Shown here piece after piece: positions 10,038 through 18,572 of a DNA stretch of 30,044 bases (position 1 is its first letter; every line of letters starts with the position of its first letter). A program made the translations under genes and the position numbers. The notes beneath the pieces were generated by a model, which saw only the letters and a program-made list of their open reading frames with translations, had not been told where the DNA came from and did no database searches. The DNA is from an uncultured Desulfobacteraceae bacterium (GTDB taxonomy: Bacteria > Desulfobacterota > DSM-4660 > Desulfatiglandales > Desulfatiglandaceae), in contig CAZEGG010000001.1 in NCBI GenBank assembly GCA_964511755.1, positions 1 through 30,044 of the forward strand, in the 5' to 3' direction.

Positions 10038-10267
10038 ACAGTTTTCCTCCACCACCTGAGTTTCATCCCGGAAATTTGAGACACATGAACTCGACAATCT
10101 TCCCTTTATTACATGATCAAAAGGTGATGGTCAAATATTTTGCTCTCTCCCTGATCAACACCTCCTCTCAGATCCTGAATCGGGAGAACCTCGTCTGGTC
10201 CGCCAGCGGACGTAGTCGGTGCCGCGGATCATTCTTTTCAGGCGATTCGGGGCGTCGTGAATTCAAT

Positions 10268-10296
10268 TTGAAGTTTCCTTTGGTCCATGCTATGGT
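10268..10296 (+). promoter_or_regulatory. Sigma-70 promoter with extended -10, directed toward resB
   Basis: TTGAAG (10268-10273), 17-nt spacer, TG at 10288-10289, TATGGT (10291-10296). The -35 is half of the palindrome TTCAA-T-TTGAA. Confidence 0.55.
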
Positions 10297-10543
10297 TCGA
10301 GTGACAAAAGCGCCGTTTTCGCAATGTCTGTATTTATCCGTCAGATGTTGATAAATCGACGGAATACGCGTCTGCGTAATCCATCGAGACTTCCGGCTCA
10401 AAGACCGAAATCTTGAGCGTGACCCCGCTTCGGCGAGGTAAAAACGCCTCATTTCTGGATTGGAGAATCGTCCGTGCCCATCCGCCCAGGGTAAATACCG
10501 GAGAGGGCAATGACTCTTGCATAACCTGATCGAACGGAATCAC

Positions 10544-11971
10544 ATGATGCCTGCACCCGAAACCCGGAAACAGCCAAATCCTGTCTGGAGCTTTTTCTGC
10601 TCCGTGCGCTTGACCATCACGCTTCTCATCATCCTCGCACTTGTATCCATCGTGGGTACCCTTATTCCCCAGCGTCAAGCTGCAATAGATTTCGCCCGGA
10701 ATCTCAGCCCGGGAACTCTGAAGATCTTTTTTTTCCTCGATCTGTTCAATATCTATCACGCGATCTGGTTCAGACTCCTCATTGGAATCCTGACCCTGAA
10801 CCTCATCATTTGCTCCATCAATCGTTTTCCCGGCATCTGGAAACGTTTCACCGCAACACCCCGGCCTGACAGGCAAAAGCCCTTTGAAGAGCTTCCCGAC
10901 GAATTGACCTTCATGGTCCGAGGCGAAAAAGCCACAGTCACAAAGGACGTGGAACACACTTTCCGGAAGAAATATAGAAGAGTCCGGGGCAAAGAGTCTA
11001 AAGGCGTCTCCTATATATATGGAGAACGGGGACGCCTTACCCATTTCGGTTTTTACCTGATACACCTCAGCATCCTTATTATCCTGGTGGGTGCTATCAT
11101 AGGGTCCATTTTCGGTTTTGAGGCCTACGTCAACATCGTGCAAGGCGGGGAGGCCGACGTCGTAAGCAGCACAAACGACACGAGCCGCATCCCGCTCGAC
11201 TTCACCGTGCGTTGTGATCATTTTTCGGTCGATTTCTACGACAACGGGACTCCTAAGGAATACCGATCCGACCTTACCTTCCTCGAAAAAGGGAAAATCC
11301 TTACGACGGCAAGTGTTCTGGTCAATCATCCCGCCCATTTTCGCGGCATAACCTTTTACCAGGCCGACTACGGAACAGTCGTCGGGGACCGCGTAAAGCT
11401 CAAGATTATCAAGAAGGCGGGCAATCCTGAAACGAGCATCCTGGAAGTGAAGAAAGGCGATTCGACCCCCCTTCCGGGCGGTGAAGGAAGTTTCGAGGTT
11501 GCCGACATACAGGGAGATTTCATGAATATGGGTCCTGCCGTCCTCATTCGAGTGCAGCCCGGCCAAGACCGGGAGACAAGCTTCTGGGTCTTCCGGGATC
11601 AAGAGGAGATTGAGAAGCGTTTTCCCGGCCTGACCCACAAATTCATCAAACTGAATCCGTCGGCTTTCAAACCTTATACGTTCATTCTCGGTGATCTGGA
11701 TACCCGGTATTACACGGGACTCGAGGTGGCAAAAGATCCCGGCGTACCTCTCGTGTGGACCGGCTGTTTTCTCATGGTGTGCGGTTTTTTTGTCACATTC
11801 TTTATGTCCCACCGGCGCATCTGGATCCGGATAACAGCGGAAAGGAAAAAGGTCCGCATCAGCCTGGCAGGGAGCGCGAGCAAGAATCCGGTCGGTCTTG
11901 AAAGAGAACTGTTGCACCTGAGCCGAGGTCTGGAGCAAGATCTCAACGAAAAAGAAAGGAAAGTTTCATGA
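10544..11971 (+). CDS. resB: Cytochrome c biogenesis protein ResB/Ccs1 (system II)
   Basis: SVRLTITLLIILALVSIVGTLIPQ, IYHAIWF, conserved His in YLIHLS, VLVNHP-A-F-GITFYQADY, YTGLEVAKDPGVPLVWTG. ATG at 10544 or 10547 preferred over TTG 10517. Confidence 0.93.
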   Translation: MMPAPETRKQPNPVWSFFCSVRLTITLLIILALVSIVGTLIPQRQAAIDFARNLSPGTLKIFFFLDLFNIYHAIWFRLLIGILTLNLIICSINRFPGIWKRFTATPRPDRQKPFEELPDELTFMVRGEKATVTKDVEHTFRKKYRRVRGKESKGVSYIYGERGRLTHFGFYLIHLSILIILVGAIIGSIFGFEAYVNIVQGGEADVVSSTNDTSRIPLDFTVRCDHFSVDFYDNGTPKEYRSDLTFLEKGKILTTASVLVNHPAHFRGITFYQADYGTVVGDRVKLKIIKKAGNPETSILEVKKGDSTPLPGGEGSFEVADIQGDFMNMGPAVLIRVQPGQDRETSFWVFRDQEEIEKRFPGLTHKFIKLNPSAFKPYTFILGDLDTRYYTGLEVAKDPGVPLVWTGCFLMVCGFFVTFFMSHRRIWIRITAERKKVRISLAGSASKNPVGLERELLHLSRGLEQDLNEKERKVS

Positions 11972-12807
11972 GTTCCTTTATCCTCAGCTATATTACGTTT
12001 GTTTATTTCGGCGCCTTCTTTTTTTACCTCCTCATGATGGTCATGGGGAAAGGAGTTTTCGGCAAGATCGCGACCACCATCTGCGTGCTGGGACTGGCCG
12101 GGCATGCTTTGGCTATAGCGATGAGATGGATCGAGTCCTACAGGCTGGGTATCGGACACGCGCCTTTCTCAAACCTGTACGAATCCCTTATCTTCTTTTC
12201 ATTCACCATTATTCTCCTTTACCTGATCGTCGAATGGCGGACAAAAAATCGTACCCTTGGGGCCTTTGTGACGCCGCTGGCCTCTCTCGCTATGGCATAT
12301 GCCTCGTTCTCGCCCAACATAAGCAGCCGCATTCAGCCTCTGGTGCCGGCCCTCAAGAGCAACTGGCTCATTACCCATGTCATCACCTGCTTTTTCGGTT
12401 ACGCGGCGTTCGGTATTTCCTTCGCGCTCAGTATCATGTATCTTCTGAAGAGATTCGACAGCGACGGAAAAAGAGGGATCTTCTTTCGATTGATCCCGGG
12501 AACCAGCATACTTGACGACCTCAACTATCAAATGGTGGTGATTGGATTTCTCATGCTGACGCTGGGCATTATCACGGGCTCGGTCTGGGCTCACTCGGCC
12601 TGGGGGAGCTACTGGACCTGGGACCCGAAGGAAACGTGGTCCCTCATTACCTGGCTCATCTATGCTGCAGTCCTCCATTCGCGTTTGGTCAGAGGATGGC
12701 GGGGCAGGAAGATCGCCATCCTCTGCATGGTCGGTTTCTCCTGCGTCCTCTTTACGTATTTTGGAGTAAATTATCTGGCCGGCCTCCACAGTTACGGAAA
12801 AGCATGA
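11968..12807 (+). CDS. ccsA: Cytochrome c biogenesis protein CcsA/ResC (system II heme delivery)
   Basis: GHAPFSNLYESL, SNWLITHV, tryptophan-rich WWD motif WGSYWTWDPKETWS, C-terminal GLHSY. ATGA overlap with resB. Confidence 0.96.
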   Translation: MSSFILSYITFVYFGAFFFYLLMMVMGKGVFGKIATTICVLGLAGHALAIAMRWIESYRLGIGHAPFSNLYESLIFFSFTIILLYLIVEWRTKNRTLGAFVTPLASLAMAYASFSPNISSRIQPLVPALKSNWLITHVITCFFGYAAFGISFALSIMYLLKRFDSDGKRGIFFRLIPGTSILDDLNYQMVVIGFLMLTLGIITGSVWAHSAWGSYWTWDPKETWSLITWLIYAAVLHSRLVRGWRGRKIAILCMVGFSCVLFTYFGVNYLAGLHSYGKA

Positions 12808-14117
12808 GTCGACGCTCTTTCGAACTCTCTCTCCCCCGTCGGATCTCCAGTGTTCTGGTTCGTCTGATCGATGCGGGACAGGAGGCCTATATCGTCGGCG
12901 GCGTGCTTCGAGATGCCCTTCTCGGCCGGACCCCCGCACCTGACTGGGATATCACGACTTCAGCACAGTCCCACCTGATACGCGAGCTGTTCAAAGACAC
13001 CAAGAACTTTTGTCTGAAACATGGAACAGTAACCCTTGTGTTCTCGGACACCCGCGTGGAAATAACTCCTTACAGAGTTCCGGCCCGGTCGCTCGAAGAA
13101 GACCTTGCCACAAGGGACTTTACCGTCAATGCCATGGCCTGGGATCCCGCCCGGGAGGCGCTGGTCGATCCATGGGAAGGAGCGGTGGACCTGGATCGGC
13201 ACATGATCAGGGCGACAGGAGATCCGGATTCACGCTTTCGGGAAGATCCCATTCGCCTCCTGCGTGCAATCCGACTGGCCACCGATCTGGGATTTGAGAT
13301 ACATCCCCGCACGTTTGCCGCAATGGAGGCTGACGCCTTCCTTATCGATGGTGCTGCGGCGGAACGCGTGCGGGAAGAACTGACAAGACTTCTCCTGGGC
13401 TCTCGTCCGTCCAATGGTTTCAAGGTCATGCACCGCTGCGGCATACTGCTTGAGGTCCTTCCTGAACTGTGCGAAGGAAAAGGCGTGGACCAGGACCACT
13501 CCCATCACCGCTACTCTGTTTTCGACCACACCATGGAGACAGTGGACAGGGTTTTGCCGGATCTTCACCTGCGCCTTGCAGCCCTGTTGCACGATATTGC
13601 CAAACCTCGAGTGAAACACTTTGAGCGGGGAAAATGGCGATTCTTGGGCCATGCGCAACAGAGCGCTGATCTCGCGCGAAGGATAATGGCAAGGCTCCGG
13701 TTTCCCCGGACCCTCACGGATAAGGTCTCTCACCTCATAGACAACCATATGATTGATTACCGCGCAGAGTGGGGGGACGGTGCGGTTCGACGTCTCATCC
13801 GCAGGGCAGGCACTGAAAGTATAGGAGACCTTATACTCCTCCGCAAGGCGGATCTCCTGGCTCACGGCATGGACAACTGCATGACGGAGCCCCTTGAAGA
13901 TCTGGAAAAGAGGGTCGCCTCAATCCTCCGCAAGCGGCAGGTCGTGTCCCTGCGCGATCTTGCCCTGAACGGGCATGATGTGATGGAAATCCTGCATCTG
14001 GAACCAGGTCCCCGTGTAGGCAGAATCCTTGATGGCCTGCTTGAAGCCGTAACAGACGACCCTCGCCTGAACAATCCGGGAGACCTGCTGGCCATTCTCA
14101 CGAAAGGCATACTCTGA
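12804..14117 (+). CDS. Class II tRNA nucleotidyltransferase with HD domain (probably CC-adding)
   Basis: VGGVLRD, DWDITT (DxD), EEDLATRDFTVNAMA, FREDPIRLLRAIR, LLHDIAKP. Start at 12804 via ATGA overlap with ccsA. The flexible loop after the catalytic Glu is missing. Confidence 0.9.
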   Translation: MSRRSFELSLPRRISSVLVRLIDAGQEAYIVGGVLRDALLGRTPAPDWDITTSAQSHLIRELFKDTKNFCLKHGTVTLVFSDTRVEITPYRVPARSLEEDLATRDFTVNAMAWDPAREALVDPWEGAVDLDRHMIRATGDPDSRFREDPIRLLRAIRLATDLGFEIHPRTFAAMEADAFLIDGAAAERVREELTRLLLGSRPSNGFKVMHRCGILLEVLPELCEGKGVDQDHSHHRYSVFDHTMETVDRVLPDLHLRLAALLHDIAKPRVKHFERGKWRFLGHAQQSADLARRIMARLRFPRTLTDKVSHLIDNHMIDYRAEWGDGAVRRLIRRAGTESIGDLILLRKADLLAHGMDNCMTEPLEDLEKRVASILRKRQVVSLRDLALNGHDVMEILHLEPGPRVGRILDGLLEAVTDDPRLNNPGDLLAILTKGIL

Positions 14118-14142
14118 AGCCCGGAGAAATGTCCCAATGTGC

Positions 14143-14171
14143 TTGACCACCTTTCCCGTATTCTTTATACT
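14143..14171 (+). promoter_or_regulatory. Sigma-70 promoter upstream of the MltD-like gene
   Basis: TTGACC-N17-TATACT, 5/6 match to each hexamer with optimal spacing. Confidence 0.7.
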
Positions 14172-14222
14172 GCCTTTCCAATTGACAGATCTCATCCGTC
14201 AACCTACTTGCCCAGGCGGTTC

Positions 14223-14238
14223 CGGAATGCTAATTGCA
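14223..14238 (+). promoter_or_regulatory. Possible sigma-54 (-24/-12) promoter
   Basis: CGGAATG-CTAA-TTGCA; GG (14224-14225) and GC (14236-14237) are separated by exactly 10 nt. Confidence 0.35.
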
Positions 14239-14322
14239 TCGGTGTGCTTTTTCAAGGATCAATCAATGCTTGACACGTCCCCTCAAGAACCGTTGAATCC
14301 GAGAGAGGAGTTGTAATACCGC

Positions 14323-16359
14323 GTGAAAACGAAACACGATCTTATCGTCCCGCTGCTTTTTGTCTTTTGCGTCATATCTTTGACGTGTGGTGGCTGCGCG
14401 ACACAGGCGCCGTCCAAATCAGCAGCAAACCTCACACAAGCATCCCCCGCCGGCGAAAAAAATGTGTCTCTCAAGAATAAAGAGCAGCAGGCAACGAAAG
14501 AGACGACCTCCCATCCCGAGGCTGAGAAGACCGCGCCGCAAAAGAATACTGAAACACCCGATAAAAACGAGTGCGCAACAGCGGGAAATCTCACCGAAAA
14601 GGGAACAGGTCAGGAAAACGGCCCCGAAACTCCCGGTGTGATTGCCCCTAAGGAAATTCCGGAGTATCCGGACGCAGAGACTGCCGGACTTCCCGCCTCT
14701 ATCCCCGACCAGGAGCTGAAAGACGAAGAAGATATCCCGGACGACGTGCAACCGACGGAAACCAAGAACATCCCCAAGAAGAAGACAAACCAGGAACTGC
14801 TCGACAGTGCCCTCGAGTTCTGCCAGGCGTCAAATGACTTCTGGAAAAGAGGAAACCTGGATGAGGCGCTGGATGCCCTCGATCAGGCCTATTCACTGAT
14901 ACTGCAGGTGGACCCTGATGATAGTCCCGAACTGCTTCAACAGAGAGAAGATCTCCGCTTTACGATTGCAAAGCGGATAATAGAGATCTACTCTTCCCGG
15001 CTTACCGTGGTCAACGGATACCACAAGGCAATCCCGCTCACCACGAACAGATATGTCGAACGGGCCGTCAAACAGTTTCAAGGGCCGGAGAGGAAATTTT
15101 TCCTGCAATCGTACAGGCGTTCCGGGCGATACCGCCCAGCCATAGTCAAAGCCCTGAAAAAGGCAGGCCTGCCCGAAGATCTTTCCTGGCTGCCGCTCAT
15201 TGAAAGCGGTTTCAACATTCGTGCGTTCTCGAAAGCGAGGGCCCTGGGGCTCTGGCAGTTTATTGCGTCCACCGGCTACAAGTACGGGCTTGAACGGAAC
15301 CGCTGGATTGACGAAAGAATGGATCCTGAAAAGGCGACGCAGGCCGCTATATCCTACCTGAAGGAACTGCACCAAATCTTCGGAGACTGGACCACTGCCC
15401 TGGCTGCCTACAATTGCGGGGAAGGAACGGTTCTCAGGTGCATTCGCACCCAGCGGGTAAATTACCTGGACAATTTCTGGGATCTGTACGAAAAGCTTCC
15501 CCGGGAAACAGCCTCTTATGTTCCCAGATTTCTCGCAGTCCTGCACATTATCCAAGACCCACAGAAATATGGATTCTCGCTTCCCCCGGTCGACCCGCCC
15601 ATGGAGGCAGATGAAGTGCCGGTTGAGAAACCCGTTCACCTGGAGACCATAGCAAAAGTCCTGAACGTGCCTTGCCGGGAATTGCTGGACCTGAATCCTG
15701 AACTCAAGCGTTATTCCACCCCGGCCCGTTCGTACGATCTCAGAGTGCCGAAGGGAAAGGGCGATCTCCTACTTGCGAAGCTGCCGAGCATTCCGGCGTG
15801 GAAGCCCCAGATCCCCGAATTTGTGTACCACAGGGTCCGGCAAGGCGAGGTCCTCTCCCTCATCGCCAGAAAGTACAGGACGACTGTCACAGCTATTATG
15901 CGGGTCAACCGGCTCAGGAGCAGCCGGTATCTGCGGGTCGGCTGGAGGCTCAAGATCCCTGCGGGGAGAAGGTACATACTTGAACAGCAGCCGGTCACGC
16001 GACAGCCCAGTGCTGAAACTGTGCAGCAAGTACCCGAGAAAAGAAAGTATGTAGTGAAGAAGGGAGATTCTCTCTGGAGGATCGCGCGGCGGTTCGGCAC
16101 GACCACGGATGCTATCAAGAAAGCAAACTCTCTCAGGAATGCCGATCTCAGTATCGGTCAGGTGCTCATCATCCGGGGCGAGTACGCATCGACAGTAGAC
16201 AAAGGAAATGCGGTACAATACCGTGTTCGGGAAGGGGACTCTCCCTACACGATCGCGCAGCGGCACCAGATGAATCTTTCCGAGTTTCTTCAGCTGAACA
16301 GTCTCACTCCTCGGAGCACCATCTTTCCGGGACAGACTGTCCTGGTCAAAACAAATTAG
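14323..16359 (+). CDS. mltD: Lytic murein transglycosylase, MltD-like (SLT domain + 3 LysM), probable lipoprotein
   Basis: Signal peptide with lipobox-like CGGC, low-complexity linker, catalytic LIESGF, ARALGLWQF, ALAAYNCGEG, LPRETASYVP, three LysM repeats (HRVRQGE, YVVKKGDSL, YRVREGDS). Confidence 0.9.
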   Translation: MKTKHDLIVPLLFVFCVISLTCGGCATQAPSKSAANLTQASPAGEKNVSLKNKEQQATKETTSHPEAEKTAPQKNTETPDKNECATAGNLTEKGTGQENGPETPGVIAPKEIPEYPDAETAGLPASIPDQELKDEEDIPDDVQPTETKNIPKKKTNQELLDSALEFCQASNDFWKRGNLDEALDALDQAYSLILQVDPDDSPELLQQREDLRFTIAKRIIEIYSSRLTVVNGYHKAIPLTTNRYVERAVKQFQGPERKFFLQSYRRSGRYRPAIVKALKKAGLPEDLSWLPLIESGFNIRAFSKARALGLWQFIASTGYKYGLERNRWIDERMDPEKATQAAISYLKELHQIFGDWTTALAAYNCGEGTVLRCIRTQRVNYLDNFWDLYEKLPRETASYVPRFLAVLHIIQDPQKYGFSLPPVDPPMEADEVPVEKPVHLETIAKVLNVPCRELLDLNPELKRYSTPARSYDLRVPKGKGDLLLAKLPSIPAWKPQIPEFVYHRVRQGEVLSLIARKYRTTVTAIMRVNRLRSSRYLRVGWRLKIPAGRRYILEQQPVTRQPSAETVQQVPEKRKYVVKKGDSLWRIARRFGTTTDAIKKANSLRNADLSIGQVLIIRGEYASTVDKGNAVQYRVREGDSPYTIAQRHQMNLSEFLQLNSLTPRSTIFPGQTVLVKTN

Positions 16360-16372
16360 TGGTGCCCACGAG

Positions 16373-17740
16373 CTACTTTTCCAGAAGCGCCAATTTCTTG
16401 GTGATATTATCGTTAATCCAGTGACTGTCCCACCATTCTATGGGATTGACAAAAATCCCGTCGACCAGGACGGCAAAATGGAGGTGGTCTCCGCCTGCCA
16501 GGCCGGTCTGGCCTGTTTGTCCGATGATATCCCCTTTCTGGACCATGTTTCCCACCGCCACGTCAATCTTGCTCAGATGTGAATAGGAAGAGGACAATCC
16601 CTGCCCGTGATCCAGTACAACAGTATTCCCGTAAATGCCCATGCGGCCGGCAAAAATGACCTTCCCATTGTTTGCTGCCGGCACCTTGGAATGGGCAATG
16701 GAGGCCAGATCCGCCCCCAGATGGGTTTCTCGGTCCACTTCTTTCCCGTGGTAATAGTATATCCGCCGATCGCCGAACCTGGCCATGGACGCAGCGTTCG
16801 TCAACCTGAGCCAGACCCCTTCCCAGAGCCTGGTCGGAGTGCTCTTTTTCCCCAATTCACGGAAAGCTTGGCCATTCTCTTTTCGCAGGTCTCTGTTGAT
16901 CTTCAAGAACTTCTCCAGGGGAGTCGTCTCTCCGGCGAACTGGTAAAATGAAAAATAGGGAAGCACCTGTTTCAGGAAGTGGTCGCTTATGGCCATCTTC
17001 TCGGTACGGAACCTCTTCTTCCTGATATGGTAATTGAATGTGGAAGTCGATCGGTTTCCCGCCTTGTCTTTTGCCCAGATGTAGACGGAGGGATACGTCG
17101 TCAACTGCTGAGGAATGGTAAAATAACAGACGCGTGTTTCCTTATCAGATCCCTCACTCGCCGGAAATCCCGGAAAGTAGTAGTCATTCACGTAAACCCC
17201 GCTTTGTTCTGTATCGGATGAGACTCGGTAAACAACGAGCCCTGTACCGCCCAAGTTGATATTGTGCTGCCTGGAAAGAGTTCGGATGGCCGGCGGGACG
17301 GTATCCACGGTCATCTTGTGCTGAAAAACGGAAAGATTGCCGTCGCCCCCGTTCCTTCTCGAGTAGTCCCAAACCCGGGCATACAAATCGGCCCGGCCCT
17401 GTGCGAGGTTCATTTTTTTCGGATCCAGTTCCACTTCAATCTCAAAAGAATGAACCCCCTGGCGGTTTAGTATGCCGTGGAAAGGGAACTGTTTGTCGAA
17501 GACATTGACCTTCCTGCCTTCCTGATCCAATGAAATCTGGAGTTTTCTGAGTCCTCTGTTTTCATCCGCAACCCGCACGGTAAACTTCTGTGTCCCGGAG
17601 AGGTACTCCGGGAGTGGTTCCACACTCACGCTCGGAGGCTCGCCTTCAAAGATGCACGCCAAGAACCACCCAAGCGCTCCTATACCCACAATCAGGATGC
17701 CGACAATAAACAGAACGGTAATTTTCTTTCTCTTTTGCAT
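16373..17740 (-). CDS. M23 family metallopeptidase with N-terminal membrane anchor
   Basis: N-terminal basic stretch plus hydrophobic helix, HxxxD (HLGAD), YGNTVVLDHG, YSHL, TGLAGGDHLHF (HxH). ATG at 17740 preferred. Confidence 0.92.
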   Translation of the reverse strand: MQKRKKITVLFIVGILIVGIGALGWFLACIFEGEPPSVSVEPLPEYLSGTQKFTVRVADENRGLRKLQISLDQEGRKVNVFDKQFPFHGILNRQGVHSFEIEVELDPKKMNLAQGRADLYARVWDYSRRNGGDGNLSVFQHKMTVDTVPPAIRTLSRQHNINLGGTGLVVYRVSSDTEQSGVYVNDYYFPGFPASEGSDKETRVCYFTIPQQLTTYPSVYIWAKDKAGNRSTSTFNYHIRKKRFRTEKMAISDHFLKQVLPYFSFYQFAGETTPLEKFLKINRDLRKENGQAFRELGKKSTPTRLWEGVWLRLTNAASMARFGDRRIYYYHGKEVDRETHLGADLASIAHSKVPAANNGKVIFAGRMGIYGNTVVLDHGQGLSSSYSHLSKIDVAVGNMVQKGDIIGQTGQTGLAGGDHLHFAVLVDGIFVNPIEWWDSHWINDNITKKLALLEK

Positions 17741-18073
17741 ACGATCATGCTCTCCTCGAAACGGTTTCGGGAACACCGCAGGACAATTTCTCCGATATCA
17801 GCGGAGAAAATTCAAGTGTCCTGCGGAACTGACAAGGCTTTCTCTCAGGGTATACACGTCAGCCAACAGAATAAGCCTGTTTCGTTCACCAGTCCATAGC
17901 AATTATTGCGCATTAACGCAAATATTTTCCCTGCGCTTTATGACGGGGTGTGAATTCACAGCAATTGCGCCGGCTGTTCCGATGCTGGTTGGAACTCTGT
18001 TCATGCCAAAAATCCATTTGCAGAGGGACAGGAACTGGCATACCATGTGTGCCATATGCGGAGAAGAGAACCA

Positions 18074-18559
18074 ATGGAAGAGGCATACCACGTCGGAGTG
18101 GTCGGCTCCGGCACTTGTTCTGCGGAGCTTTACCAGCTCGCCAGGAAAATAGGATATGAAATCGGCAGGCACGACTGGACGCTCATTTGCGGCGGTCTCG
18201 GAGGTATCATGGAAGGAGCATCCAGGGGCTGCATTGAAGCAGGGGGAATGACTGTGGGGCTTCTGCCCGGTTTCCGGAAGCAAGAGGCCAACCCATACAT
18301 TCGCACTGCAATCCCGACCGGCTTGGGCGAAGGGAGAAATTTTCTGGTTGTCAGGGCCTCCGACATATTGGTAGCGATTTCGGGCGGCCATGGGACCCTG
18401 TCCGAGATCGCCCTCGGCCTGAAAACCGGCAGAACCGTTGTGGGAATCAGAACCTTTGATCACCTGGAGGGAATTGTCCGGGCATCCACTCCTGAAATGG
18501 TCATAAAACTGATTGAAAGCAAAAAGATTTCCGGTTCATCCGGTTATTGCGGACTCTGA
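18074..18559 (+). CDS. LOG/SLOG-family Rossmann-fold protein (TIGR00725-like)
   Basis: GVVGSG, CGGLGGIMEGASRG, GLLPG, TGLGEGRN, SGGHGTLSEI. Confidence 0.87.
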   Translation: MEEAYHVGVVGSGTCSAELYQLARKIGYEIGRHDWTLICGGLGGIMEGASRGCIEAGGMTVGLLPGFRKQEANPYIRTAIPTGLGEGRNFLVVRASDILVAISGGHGTLSEIALGLKTGRTVVGIRTFDHLEGIVRASTPEMVIKLIESKKISGSSGYCGL

Positions 18560-18572
18560 AGTTCAAGAAAGA

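Noticed and set aside
10255-10285. tRNA-Sec-like ACTTCAAAT on the minus strand
   Set aside because: No anticodon stem, T-arm or acceptor stem around it.
10038-10300. T-box leader for serS
   Set aside because: No UGGNACC T-box sequence and no terminator/antiterminator pair.
10385-10450. Glycine riboswitch resemblance (GAGA...ACCGAA...AGGTAAAAA)
   Set aside because: Lacks the GAAGG and UCUCAGG elements and the P3 architecture.
10168-10452. 94-aa minus-strand ORF upstream of serS
   Set aside because: No RBS, Arg/Ser-rich composition typical of non-coding frames, no recognisable domain, and it lies antisense to the predicted resB leader.
10334-11938. 534-aa minus-strand ORF
   Set aside because: Antisense shadow of resB. 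The other long opposite-strand ORFs (4293-5420, 6367-7377, 27953-28801) are rejected for the same reason.
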